DNA of 64,000 nucleotides, from NCBI GenBank assembly GCA_001179505.1, contig CDMY01000255.1, forward strand, positions 124,001-188,000, given 5' to 3'. The notes beneath the pieces are model-generated. The model had not been told where the DNA came from and did no database searches. It saw only the letters and a list, made by a program, of their open reading frames with translations. This DNA is from Vitrella brassicaformis CCMP3155 (taxonomy: Eukaryota; Protista; Chromerida). Below are positions 1 through 10,727 of the stretch, one piece after another (position 1 is the stretch's first letter; each line of letters opens with the position of its first letter). Made by a program: the position numbers and the translations under genes.

Positions 1-23
1 TTCACCATCGGGCTGATCGGCTC

Positions 24-3000
24 GTGGCATGCCACGCCATCGACGCGCAAGATGGCGATCCGCACGTGTGTGTTGCGAGGGCGCCATGTCGGCTGGAGTG
101 CATCCACCTGTCGGCACTGCAGAATGTCTTGTCAAGCGGCGATCGCAACAGGGATGATCCACCCGGGTCCAGCACGTTGCCGACTCCCCTGGACCCGAGC
201 TGCATCCAGACACTGGACTGCAGCCGAGCGCCGTGGCCCCACTTTGGCGAGGCCCTGTCTGACTGCGCCCCTCCTCTGCCCTTCCCCTCTTCCCTCCCCA
301 CCCCTCTCGCGCTCATCCCGCCCACGCCCCGTGCCCCCCGCCCCTCCCTGCTGCTGGCCGGCGTCACTGATCGAGGCCGATGGACCCTCTTCTGCCAGCC
401 GGTGAAGCGCGACACATCGACTCCGTCTGATGACGACGCCTCGCGTCATGATTCGAGTGAACCGCCCCCTCCCGCGGCCAGGGGGAAGCTGCTGCCGATG
501 GTGCCCCTGAGAGCCCTGAGAGCTGAGGCCGCCACACAGAGAGGAGCAGTGGAGATAGGTGGCGGGCAGGCAGTTGGCGGAGATAGGGGACTCGACGACG
601 AGGATGGGAGGCGTCGGCCGCCGGCTATTGTGCATGTTGCATCGAGTCCATCCGGAGGGGCAGTCGCTGCCGTGCTGGGCACCTCAGAGATGCTTTTCTG
701 GAGGAAGGACGACAGGGCGGGCTACGTGCCCTCCCTCTATATTTCTGCGGCTACGTTGAGGCGGCTGAGGGGCCGAGCTGCTGCAAAAACTGACACGGAG
801 GCAGGGGGAGAGCAGGATGTCGACGTGGATGATGCGGACGATGAGTCAACGCCGCTATGGTTCTTGCAAGGCGTCTTCTTCTGGAGTGAGGATGTGCTCA
901 CGTGTCTGTTCTCCAACGAGCGGCCACCAACCCTATCGCCAACAGAGTACCTCCGCAGGGCCAGACGGCCGTTTTCCTCCCAGCCGCCTTTGATATCGAC
1001 CCAGCTACTCTCACTCACCCTCCCATCTCTTTCTCTTGCTGCCCCTCCGTCACAAAGCGCCCTCCAAGCATTCCCGGCCTCAGTGCTGGTCTCTGCTGCC
1101 TTTGGGAGGCAACAAGACGGCAGCGATCCGACTGGCTCGTCGCTGTTTGTGCTGACAGCCCACCTGCGCCCTGTTGCTGCCGACGAGGGCGAGGATGCTG
1201 ATGTGGAGGATGACGCGGGGGGAGAGTTCACGTTAACGCATGTTCGCGCCCTCACACTTGACTTGTGGGTGGAAGGAGCGGTCCGCGACGGCCGGTGGGA
1301 GTCGGCAGAGAAGGTCTGCCGGGACCAGGGACGGCACGATCTGTGCGACCGAGTGCTGAAGGCACGCTGGCTGGCGGGGCCGGGGAAGCGGCCGCCGGCA
1401 GTGTCCACAATGGAGGACTTCTGGGCCGTTCTCCGCGTCCACGATCTGATATGGCTGGCGCACCAAGCTCTCGAGTTTGATCCAACCAGGCGGGCCAAGG
1501 AGGGTGGTGACACGAGTCGGTCGCTGGAGCTCGGCAAGGTGCGTCTGCTGCTGGAGCACGTGATGCAGCGGCTGCGCAAGACCACTCTCGGAGGCCCGCT
1601 GGGCGACCTGAAGGTCAAGGTGCAGGCGTACCTGTCGCGTCTCGACTCGTACCAACAGATCCTCAACAAGGCCGCATCGGGCGAGACGATGCTCGACCCA
1701 CTGGCGCCGCCGCCCTCAGCTGCCGAGAGCGGGGCAAGCGAGGCGACACTGTCGTGGTCGGAGTTCCGCGATATCACTCCGGCCAAGGCTGCCAAGCTGG
1801 CTGCATCCAAGGGCGACCTGACCATCTTGCGCGTCCTCGTCAAGCGGCACGGCCCCGAGTTCCAGCGGATGACATCGGGGTGGGAGGGCATCCTTGACGC
1901 ACTGCCCGAGACGCTGCCCGTGAAAGACATCGCCGACCTCTTGCCGTGCCCTCCAGTGCCTGTGGTGACAACTGGGTCACAGTCCGCCAAGCCCATTCTC
2001 AAGGTGGCCACGCTGCTGCTCGACACCGATCGGGAGAGGATATCCCGATGGGCGCTGAAGAGGGCCAACGTGTTGCTGCGTCGGACGGGACTGGTGGCAA
2101 GTGTCGTACTGCCCTTCGTCTACGCCATGCTGTCCGTCACACTGCGCAACCAGCCCCCAGCGGCCATGAGGAAGCGGCCATCGACGGCCATCGACGGGCA
2201 GAAGGACGACTGGTTTTCCTCCTCCCAGCCGTTTCTTCAGCTGCCGGCCATTTCGAAGCAGACGACGTCATCGTTCCTGACCGAGGCACCGAGCATTCTC
2301 CTGCTGATGGCCATGCACGCACTGGTGCACCAGTGGCTGCTGCTCAAGAGGGCGGAGGAGGGCAGGGAAGGTGCAACGGCGGTTCCTTCCTTCGAAGCCT
2401 TCATGGAGCTGTCATACCTGGATCGCCTCGAGCTGGCGCTGGCCAATGGCACTGCCGACCCGGCTGATGCTGACAAAGGCACATACCTGCCCACCAAGAT
2501 CCGCAAGGTGGTGTACGAGCCGACAAAGCCTTTGCAGACAGCCGTGGCTATCGGCGAGTGGACGACCTTCCCCGGCGGTCCGAAGGGCATGAGCGCCGCC
2601 AGCGCAAGATCGCTGAGGAAGATGATCGAGATGCCCCCTGAGAGCGCCCTGATCGCATACTTTCGACAAAGACTGCAAACGTGGTCGCCCTTACCCTCGT
2701 CAAGCGACCAAGAGCGTGACCGGAGGATTGTATCGACTACTCACCATCTCGGCCATGGGTCGCTGCTGGGGCCCAAGGCACTCGTGTCCATCAAGAAAGA
2801 GATGGAGCTGATCGCAGAGGTGGTCAAGGAGAGCGCCCCCACGTTGCCAGGCAGCTCGCGGCTCATTCGGTCCTTCACGAAGCTGATCGGCTTCGTGCTG
2901 TACGTGACTTACGAGGGCACGAGCGCCTGCCCCGCCGGCCTCATCCTCAAGCCAGTCGAGGCCATGTACCTCTGCTTGCCCGCCAAGGACACGCTGCCGG

Positions 3001-6000
3001 CCGACGCCACCGATGAGGAGCGGCAGGAGTGGATCAAGCTACACCAGAAGGCCGACCTGCTCGACCGCCACCTTACCGCAGCGGAGCTGCTGATGAAGCT
3101 GGGCGGCAGCGGGGCATATGGAGTGCCGTTCTGGACGCTCGGGGAGGCTTCGACGAATCCCCAGCTGTGTGGCCGTCTCTTCTGGGGCCTTCTCCGCGGC
3201 CTGGCGTCCACCTACCGGTCCGCTGCCTTCTGGCGCGGGGTCATCGAGGACTGCCAGAAGCTGCAGGCACATGCACTCGGGGCTCTCCGGGTCGAGTCAC
3301 TCTACGAGATGCTGGTGACGGTGCTCTGCTACTACACGGACCATTCAGAGGTGGCGACCAAGGTCATCGAGCTGTGGAGTGCACGCAGCGAGGCAAATGC
3401 AGACCGGGAGTTCCCCCAGAAGCTCGCCACTCACCTGACCACCATCGCCAAGGAGCTTGTCAACTCGGCCCCGTCGCTGGCCCACCCGGCACTGGACAAG
3501 GCGTCGAGGTGTCTCCGGCTGGCTCCAAGTGAGGTTGCTGAGGTGCAGGGTGAGAAGCAGTTCATCCAGGCGTGTCAGGCCCTTGACTGGCTGCTCAGCG
3601 CCTCACACAAGGAGGCCCTCGCTGCCGCACTGAATCCCCTCGCTTTCGCGGCTCAGGGACTGAGTTCCGCCCTTGCAAGGGCGGCTGAAGACAAGGCGGA
3701 GGGCGGCAGGAGGTACCCGCCCAACTTCCCCTTCGTCACACCCGCAGCCCTCCGCTTCGCGCCGTCGCCACGAGCCGTCATCGCCGCTTTGCTGCAGGCC
3801 AATCCATCTGCTGTAGTGTTCCGGGATCAGCTGGCGCGGCTGGCGGGGCTGTTGGGCGTGAGTGATCTGCGGGCAGCCGTGGGCAATCCGCATCAGGGTG
3901 CCGGTCGCGATGTGATATCGGAGTTGCTGTCGTCCACCGAGGGGGGGAGGTCGCTGCAAGAGGTGCGGGCGTGGACATTCCTGCTGCACGAACATTGCCA
4001 GGAGGCATACGAGATCTTGCACAGCCTACTGGCTTCCCCGTCAGCCGCAATGGAGCCATCCAAGGGTCTGTGGCACCTCGCTGTGGCAGTGGCCAAGAGC
4101 GGTGGTGATCTGTCGACCAACCAGAAGCTGGCGCTACTGTCCCTCGCGGCGCCTGGCTGCCCCGCAGACGACCTGCCGGTGCTCCTCGACGTGTTCCAGT
4201 CAGTCGGGCTGGAGCCACTGCAGGCAACTCTCAGTGAAGGCATCGATGAGACAAATGGCGAAGAGACCCCTGAGAGGCCGATAGACTGGCTGCTTGATGA
4301 GAGTGACAACAAGGAGGGCGGCGATGCGTCGGTCAGCATTCCCTCTGAGATCCTCCCGGCCCCCTCGTCTATGTTCTGGACGGTGGCAAACCAGTGTGAA
4401 AACATCGGGGACGACACGAGTGATTTCCACAGCCCCTTGCTGCTCGCTCTACGGGACCAGCTTCTCGAGAAGGAGGAGGGCGACGAGGCAAATGAGGATG
4501 AGCGGCTCTTCCCCATCCCGCTGCCGCTCGCCAGAGGGCCCAAGCAGGCCGTCAGTGACCACAGGAGGACCTATTTGCCAGCGCCTGCCGCCGGCAAGAG
4601 GGATAAAGAGGAGGGCAACATATTCGCGTGGCACCGATGGGGTGCGGGTGGAGAGAGGCCGCCGGTCGACCTGTTCACGCACGATGCTGAGTGGGAGTGT
4701 CACTTTGGCGTCATCCCTCCACTTCTGCTTTCACAACGACACTTCTTCGCGCCCATCCTGCAGTCACCCTTCCTCTCGCTGCAGCACAAGGTCCGCTTGG
4801 GTCGGCTTGCCATCGCCCAGTGCAGCCAATGGCTGGTGCACGACGTCCACCCGTCGTTCGAGCGGCGGGCAGTCGCGCGGCTGGTGTCGCTGCTTGATGC
4901 CACTACCTTTTGCGTCGAGATGCAGGGGCTGGAGGCGATGGGAGGGGCGGAGGGAGAGTCGCTGTACATGCGGCGGTTCCTCGTCGACACGGGGTATCAG
5001 CGCAGGGTGCTGCTGAACCTCTCTCGGAGGCAGGGTGGGTCGCAGCTCGACCAATTGTCGCAGATCCTGGATCGCGTCGAGCAACTCAAGCAGCCAGTCA
5101 CTGTCGAGGGAGAGGAGGGCGGGCCACCAGAGGAGCCGTCTGTCCCAGAGGACGGTGCTGTGGGTGCGCGTCTGTCAGTGGCGCCTTACCTCGCTTATGA
5201 CGCCGATAGCCCGCTCAAGTATCGGCTGGACTGGGAGGGATTACTGGCTATGGCGAGAGAAGCGGCAACGACCGAGAGGACTGCGAGTGCGGCATCGCTG
5301 CTGGATTTGCGGGCGGAGAATGTCCGGTGGTCCTTCCTCAATCGGCCTCTGCACGAGGTGATGGCGACGCTTGCCAGCAATGTCCTGCCGCTGCTCCAGG
5401 ATGGGCCCAGAGTGGCATCGCACATCAAGGACATCATCATGGCGCTCGTGTCGTCCCAGCACCCAGATCAGACCGCCTTGACACCAACAGCTGGCGCAAC
5501 CGACGCGGCCGCTCCGCTCGACAACGTGTCGAGTCGACTGGTCCTCGCTCGCCATCTTTTCGACATCGCTGCTGATCTGGCTGGTCCGTCGGAGCTTGGC
5601 GTTGACTCCTCCCCTCTCATGGGTCTGGGCGATCGAAAGATCACTCGTTGTACGGAGCGGCTGCTCTCTGTCCTGCCCTCGGTGGACCTGTCCACGATCG
5701 AGTTGCCGTCAGTGCCGGCCCCATCGGCCTTCTTGCAAGAGGTGGTGCGCAACGCAACGCTCGAGACGCTGCCGACGGTGGTTGAAGTGGTGGAAGAGGC
5801 CGGCGATGCGGTGACGATGCTGTGCCCTGCACCCTCGTTGTGCTATCGGGTGGTGGAGCGCTGGATGGACCAGAAGGCGACACTGAGGGCGAGGGAGTGG
5901 GGCGAGAGCGTGAGGGAGCAGCTGACCTTCGCCATGCGGAGGCTCACGGCCGATGAGAGACTGCGCCTGCTGCGACGGACGTCACATCCACCCCTGCAGC

Positions 6001-8369
6001 AGCTCATGCTGGGCATCATGAAGGCCATCGCGGAGCCATCTGTTCAGCCGACGCATGTCGAGCCGCCTGAGGGGGACAAGCCTGAGGAACAGAAAGCCAT
6101 TGACGACACACGTGAATCAACCAAGGAAGAAACGAGCCAGGCGGCCGTGTCGGCGGCACCCTCCTCCCCCTCGCCCCCCTTGCCGCCGAGAAAGACCGCT
6201 GAGGGGTCTTTGGAAGACGTGGAGCTGGTTTTGAAGCTCAGGGGCCAGTTCAGCTCGACCATTGAGGGGCTTAAGGAGGTCGGCGAGGTGGGCGACGAGT
6301 GGGAGGCCGATGGCATCAACTTCCTTACACCCTTCCAGCTGGGGCGGCCGCTGTCGCTCTGCCTGTGGCAGTTCTTCGCCGGATCGCCAAATACTGTCTT
6401 CGCGACCTTCCTTCCTGATGCCATGAGCGTCCTCAGCGCCCTCCCTGCGCCCCTCGACGGTGAGCCCATCCCGCCCGATCAGCGTCTGGCGGACTATCTT
6501 GCCCAGGGCTATTTGTTGGAGATGGAGGAGCTGGAGAGGACGGGCGGCGGCCACGAGGTTCTACTCTCGACACCAATCAAGCGGGCGGAACATCACCAGT
6601 TTTGGAATCGTGTCTGTGACATCCTGGGGGAGGCGCTGACACCATGTTTGGACGCTCTGGATCGATTGCTGGATGACGAACACTGTGGGAGCACGGCACT
6701 TCGGCTGACGGCGGTATATCTGGCCGGCGTGGCGCTATCTGGTGTGGTGGAGAGGGGCGCTATGGATGAGGAGAGAGGCGGGGAGCTGCTGGCCAAGCTG
6801 AGGAGGGGGGCTGTTTTCCTGGGAGCCCAGTATCTCGTGCAGCAGCACTGGCCCGACGTGTCCTCACAGCTGCTGCGCTCGTGGTTCGCGTCTTCCACCC
6901 CGCCATCGGCCCTCATCGACTTCACTCGTCAGCTGGTCGCGAGCCTGGCCAGCCAAGCCGACCGGCAGAATGCGGCCAAGGCCGTGATGAAGTGCCTCGT
7001 GCTGTTCGAGGACCTGTTTCTGCCGCCCTCCCCTCCGCCTGGCTGGCTGCCATTCCATCTCAACCTGGCGGGCGACGCAGCGACCCAGGATCCCCTGGAT
7101 GCACCCCAGCCAGCCAGCGACCTCAGTTCGCTGTGGGAGTCGCTGCTGCGTGCTGCGCCGTGTGATGCATCATGGCTGGAGATCAAGATGTGGGCGGGAC
7201 GGACTCGATGCAAGGGGGTGGGGGAGGGCGGCTGTGATGCTCCACTGGCACTGACCCTCTCATCCACGGAGGACATTACGGGTGCCCTTGACAGTCTGGT
7301 GATGGAGCAGAGGGGGACGGGCCGGTCGGGAAGGAGGGAGGAGGAGGGTGGGCTGAGTGCTGCGGGTGGCTCTTTGGCGGTGCTGCAGCTTGTGGCTCTA
7401 AGTCAGGCCTCTGTGGCGTTTGTCAACACGGCATTTTTCGACACATTGCTGCCGGTGCTGCTGCGGACGCAAGAAGAGACGCCCAAGGACAAGACGGCTT
7501 CAGGGCTGTGGGGCGTGCTGGACCAGTGGAGGCGGGAGCTTTTCGCGAGCGATGTCAGTGATGACGGCAGCACCACCCAGACACCAGCTGAGAAAGGAGA
7601 GGGCCCCACCTGCGCGTATCTGGACATGTTGCTGCGTCACTATCGGCACAGCCTGGCTCTGCTTCTCGTGGCGTATCTGTGCAAGAAGGGCGCCATCACC
7701 ACTGCCGTGTCGATCGTGAACGAGCTGCTGGACCCCGCCCCTCCCCCGCCCGTCTTGTCAGCTTTTCGCCGCACCTTCCCGCAGCTGCTATCCTGTCTCA
7801 GGCAGTACTCATCTTGCCCCGATTCGCCACAAGACACACCATTGCCCCTCCTATCCCACCACCCACCACCTCTCCCGTCCCATTGGAGCGACCCCAACGA
7901 CCCTTTTACGACGTCTCTGTTCCTCTCACTTGTGTTCGGTGGGTCCGAGGGGGAGCAACGAGTGCTGATGGATGCGGCCAGAAGCCTAATGACGCGTCCG
8001 GTGGTCGAGCAGCCGGAGGACAAGTCAGCATCACCTGTAGGGGGCAGCGGGAAGGTGGACGAGCCCGACAGCGCGGCCAAGAGTGAAGGAGACGAGGCGT
8101 GGGGCGAGGGGTGGGACACTGACCTTGACTTTGGCGATGTTGATGTGGACGTTGAGGCGACTCTCACGGAAGAGAAGAAGAGCGAGCCGGCCGCGGCAGG
8201 AGGAGGAGGGTGGACGCTGATTGAGTGGGGGGGAACAAGGAAGGTGGCAGGGGAGATGTCTGCGTGGGTGACCTACTGGGATCGCTATGAAGCCTATGTG
8301 AGAGGCCAGATCGATGGAGCTTGTCAAGTGCTGGAGGCGCTGCGAAGGGACGTGCAGACCAGTTTGTGA
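24..8369 (+). CDS. NBAS: NBAS/Sec39-like ER tethering factor (NRZ/Dsl1 complex subunit), single giant exon; 5' end may lie outside the window
   Basis: Stop-free 2781-codon frame, open from base 3; first in-frame ATG at 498. The segment ~1290-1950 (WESAEKVC..VLKARW..YLSRLDSYQQIL..WSEFRDITPAKAAKLAASKGDLTILRVLVKRHG..ILDALPETLP..DLLP) parallels the remembered NBAS segment (YLDRLATYEEIL..FKKFRNQNIVLSARTYAQESNVQALEILFTYHG..ILSNFPETTSP..LLP). There is also a WD40-like blade near the N-terminus (IVHVASSPSGGAVAAVLGTSEMLFW), and the size fits NBAS. Confidence 0.7.
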   Translation: MACHAIDAQDGDPHVCVARAPCRLECIHLSALQNVLSSGDRNRDDPPGSSTLPTPLDPSCIQTLDCSRAPWPHFGEALSDCAPPLPFPSSLPTPLALIPPTPRAPRPSLLLAGVTDRGRWTLFCQPVKRDTSTPSDDDASRHDSSEPPPPAARGKLLPMVPLRALRAEAATQRGAVEIGGGQAVGGDRGLDDEDGRRRPPAIVHVASSPSGGAVAAVLGTSEMLFWRKDDRAGYVPSLYISAATLRRLRGRAAAKTDTEAGGEQDVDVDDADDESTPLWFLQGVFFWSEDVLTCLFSNERPPTLSPTEYLRRARRPFSSQPPLISTQLLSLTLPSLSLAAPPSQSALQAFPASVLVSAAFGRQQDGSDPTGSSLFVLTAHLRPVAADEGEDADVEDDAGGEFTLTHVRALTLDLWVEGAVRDGRWESAEKVCRDQGRHDLCDRVLKARWLAGPGKRPPAVSTMEDFWAVLRVHDLIWLAHQALEFDPTRRAKEGGDTSRSLELGKVRLLLEHVMQRLRKTTLGGPLGDLKVKVQAYLSRLDSYQQILNKAASGETMLDPLAPPPSAAESGASEATLSWSEFRDITPAKAAKLAASKGDLTILRVLVKRHGPEFQRMTSGWEGILDALPETLPVKDIADLLPCPPVPVVTTGSQSAKPILKVATLLLDTDRERISRWALKRANVLLRRTGLVASVVLPFVYAMLSVTLRNQPPAAMRKRPSTAIDGQKDDWFSSSQPFLQLPAISKQTTSSFLTEAPSILLLMAMHALVHQWLLLKRAEEGREGATAVPSFEAFMELSYLDRLELALANGTADPADADKGTYLPTKIRKVVYEPTKPLQTAVAIGEWTTFPGGPKGMSAASARSLRKMIEMPPESALIAYFRQRLQTWSPLPSSSDQERDRRIVSTTHHLGHGSLLGPKALVSIKKEMELIAEVVKESAPTLPGSSRLIRSFTKLIGFVLYVTYEGTSACPAGLILKPVEAMYLCLPAKDTLPADATDEERQEWIKLHQKADLLDRHLTAAELLMKLGGSGAYGVPFWTLGEASTNPQLCGRLFWGLLRGLASTYRSAAFWRGVIEDCQKLQAHALGALRVESLYEMLVTVLCYYTDHSEVATKVIELWSARSEANADREFPQKLATHLTTIAKELVNSAPSLAHPALDKASRCLRLAPSEVAEVQGEKQFIQACQALDWLLSASHKEALAAALNPLAFAAQGLSSALARAAEDKAEGGRRYPPNFPFVTPAALRFAPSPRAVIAALLQANPSAVVFRDQLARLAGLLGVSDLRAAVGNPHQGAGRDVISELLSSTEGGRSLQEVRAWTFLLHEHCQEAYEILHSLLASPSAAMEPSKGLWHLAVAVAKSGGDLSTNQKLALLSLAAPGCPADDLPVLLDVFQSVGLEPLQATLSEGIDETNGEETPERPIDWLLDESDNKEGGDASVSIPSEILPAPSSMFWTVANQCENIGDDTSDFHSPLLLALRDQLLEKEEGDEANEDERLFPIPLPLARGPKQAVSDHRRTYLPAPAAGKRDKEEGNIFAWHRWGAGGERPPVDLFTHDAEWECHFGVIPPLLLSQRHFFAPILQSPFLSLQHKVRLGRLAIAQCSQWLVHDVHPSFERRAVARLVSLLDATTFCVEMQGLEAMGGAEGESLYMRRFLVDTGYQRRVLLNLSRRQGGSQLDQLSQILDRVEQLKQPVTVEGEEGGPPEEPSVPEDGAVGARLSVAPYLAYDADSPLKYRLDWEGLLAMAREAATTERTASAASLLDLRAENVRWSFLNRPLHEVMATLASNVLPLLQDGPRVASHIKDIIMALVSSQHPDQTALTPTAGATDAAAPLDNVSSRLVLARHLFDIAADLAGPSELGVDSSPLMGLGDRKITRCTERLLSVLPSVDLSTIELPSVPAPSAFLQEVVRNATLETLPTVVEVVEEAGDAVTMLCPAPSLCYRVVERWMDQKATLRAREWGESVREQLTFAMRRLTADERLRLLRRTSHPPLQQLMLGIMKAIAEPSVQPTHVEPPEGDKPEEQKAIDDTRESTKEETSQAAVSAAPSSPSPPLPPRKTAEGSLEDVELVLKLRGQFSSTIEGLKEVGEVGDEWEADGINFLTPFQLGRPLSLCLWQFFAGSPNTVFATFLPDAMSVLSALPAPLDGEPIPPDQRLADYLAQGYLLEMEELERTGGGHEVLLSTPIKRAEHHQFWNRVCDILGEALTPCLDALDRLLDDEHCGSTALRLTAVYLAGVALSGVVERGAMDEERGGELLAKLRRGAVFLGAQYLVQQHWPDVSSQLLRSWFASSTPPSALIDFTRQLVASLASQADRQNAAKAVMKCLVLFEDLFLPPSPPPGWLPFHLNLAGDAATQDPLDAPQPASDLSSLWESLLRAAPCDASWLEIKMWAGRTRCKGVGEGGCDAPLALTLSSTEDITGALDSLVMEQRGTGRSGRREEEGGLSAAGGSLAVLQLVALSQASVAFVNTAFFDTLLPVLLRTQEETPKDKTASGLWGVLDQWRRELFASDVSDDGSTTQTPAEKGEGPTCAYLDMLLRHYRHSLALLLVAYLCKKGAITTAVSIVNELLDPAPPPPVLSAFRRTFPQLLSCLRQYSSCPDSPQDTPLPLLSHHPPPLPSHWSDPNDPFTTSLFLSLVFGGSEGEQRVLMDAARSLMTRPVVEQPEDKSASPVGGSGKVDEPDSAAKSEGDEAWGEGWDTDLDFGDVDVDVEATLTEEKKSEPAAAGGGGWTLIEWGGTRKVAGEMSAWVTYWDRYEAYVRGQIDGACQVLEALRRDVQTSL

Positions 8370-8654
8370 GTGATGTAAGGGTCCGTATGTGTGGGAGAGA
8401 GAGAGGGATCACGATGCGTGTCTTGTAAAGGGGTGACCGAATGGGTTTTTAAGCCAGGGCTGAGTCGTCACGTTCTGTGTGCAATTGGGTTGGTACGCTA
8501 AGACGTTGGTTGACATTTCGGTGTGAACGTTTGCCCATCCATCCATCGGTCAACCCTTCCATTTGTCAGCATGAATACATACATGTGACCATGAATCTCC
8601 ATCACATCCATGCACAGCACTCACATCCCTCTGTCCTTGATGGAAGTCCGTCTC

Positions 8655-10187
8655 CTAGGCCTGAGGGAGGGAGGGAGACAGACAATAAATGAAATACAGT
8701 ACCCAAAGCCATACTGCATACACATGTGTCTCTCCTACATGAGAGAATTGGCGTGGCGGCGGCAGAATGGCAGGCTCCGGGGCACTCGGCATCCCCACAG
8801 CAACAGCCCTCCTGCTGGTCTGCTCAACGAATCCCTGCCTGAATGCGATGGCCGCCCTCTTCGCGCCCTCAAAGCCCAGCACCTCACAATCGAACAAGTA
8901 TGTATCGCTGCCTCGTGGTCTGCCCGTGATGTCGGAACACTCGGCCACAAACCTGCTGTTGCCCGGGTCATAGAACACGCCGCCGTTTGGTGGACTCCGC
9001 GGGTAGGATCGCGGGCGGCTCTGAGGCTGCACGGTCTGATCCGGCTTCCTCTTTAGAGGTGTGTCAGCACTTGGATCGAAGACGACCTGAGAGACACAGA
9101 GGCGAGTGTGCATTGGAGGTATGCGGTCTCCCGGCGTGAGCTCACCTTCTTCCTGCGCTGTCGTTTCCCCAGAGGGGCCTCCGTAGCCTGGCAGCAAACA
9201 AAAGAGGTAATGAGACACGCCATGGGAGACACGGCTTGATCCCTGTTCTCACCTGAGATGCTGAGGCCCCTGCTCCTCCTCCCTCCTCCTCATCCCCATT
9301 CCCAGCAGCGTCATTGGGCTCGTCTACACATGGGGCCGTCTCTTGTTCAGCCTTGCCGGCAAGAATCGTCAGTGACTTGAGGGCTTTGTCGAATGCAGCC
9401 TTCACCTCGTCCCTCCCTGCTTCGCTCGGCAGCACCCTGCCCGTCCACTGCTGCCCAGTCGCGTTGGCCCTCCCGACAAAGCGGCGCTGGCCCGCATCCC
9501 ATTCGATCGAGATGTCGGCGCGATTGCGGAAGGGCTTCAACAGGCTATCGGCAATGCGATTCAGATAGACAGGATTCTGCTTGTCGAAGACGCGCTTCTT
9601 TTCTGATCCGCAGCGAGGTGCGAAGGGCTCTGACACTGCAAGGATAGATGTGGTTGGTCTGAGAACGTCCATGGGATCAGGGCCCTCCTCCTCCTCGCTG
9701 TCTGGATGAGACGAAGAGGAGGGCGTCAGGGGCGTGCCGTCAGAGGAAGATTGGCTCGATGGCTGTCCTCTCGGCTGCATGCACTGGTAGTCAACATCCA
9801 TCCCAGCCCCGTCACTGAAACCGTCAATCAACCTGCCGTATCCCTTCCACTCCTGCAGCCCGATATCGACGGCCATCTCGTTGCGGGCGACGATGGCCGA
9901 GCGGAGAGTGTGGAAGAGGGGCACGCCAGAAGTCAGATGAAACAGCTCCAGTACCACAGGCGTCCCCTGGCCGCGGTGACAGGTGGCGACAAAGCAGTCC
10001 TGATGGCACACGAAAGAGAGGGCAAGTTGAATGCGTCCCATGTACACTCGTGAGCGTGGGCTTACTCACCGGGTCAGTGCGGAACTCCACACTGGCATGA
10101 GCTGAACACAGCACGGATAAGTACTTCAAGGAAGTGCAAATGCAAGACTGGTTTCATTCGTACCTTCTTCTGGCGATGTTGATGCAT
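8655..10187 (-). CDS. ApiAP2-family transcription factor, multi-exon, with one clear and one degenerate AP2 domain
   Basis: AP2 motif GVFYDPGNSRFVAEC..GRPRG..YLFDCEVLGFEGAKRAAIAFR at ~8835-8984. A second AP2-like stretch ISIEWDAGQRRFVGRANATGQQW..EAGRDEVKAAFDKA lies at ~9373-9516. In-frame GT-AG splicing gives MHQHRQKK|YLSVLCSAHASVEFRTDP|DCFVATCH from ATG 10187. The 3' end is uncertain. Confidence 0.75.
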
Positions 10188-10727
10188 CGTCTGCGAAGTG
10201 TGTAGAGAGCCTGGCGACGAGATGGCTGCAGAGCCGCCGATGCAGAATCTCTCTCTCCATCGGCGACTCGCTTTTCTCTCTTCCCCTGCGGGGGGCAAGC
10301 GACCTCCCTCAGATTTTCATATAAATGGGTCTGCTGTTGGCGAGCGAGTGAATTTACAAACTCCTTGAGCTCGCGGCTCTCCTTTTCCGCGCGTGAGGCT
10401 GTGCCGTCGCTGGCTGCACACCAGGTAGACGACCTGGGCCGTGATCCACGATCCGGTCCCGTATTGACCGCAAATTGTGGCGCGCAGCCCTCTGCTGGTT
10501 ACCATCAACAGCTACGTCAATGCCCAAGGTCCCAAACCATCCATCCATCCATCCATCCATATGGAATGTGAGAAATTCAATGCCGTTTGCTCTCTTCCCT
10601 GTCGCTGTTTCCTATGCAGGTGGTGCTGCACAACTCTCCGCAGATGGACTCCCCTCAGTAGAAAGTAGCCAGCATGGTGAGCAAACGCATCCATCATCGA
10701 CGCTGCCTTGATGTTGCCTGATGTTGT

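Noticed and set aside
737-8167. Long minus-strand ORFs (e.g. 737-2068, 443 aa) overlapping the giant gene
   Set aside because: Antisense shadows of a GC-rich coding strand; Ser/Arg-rich and without motifs.
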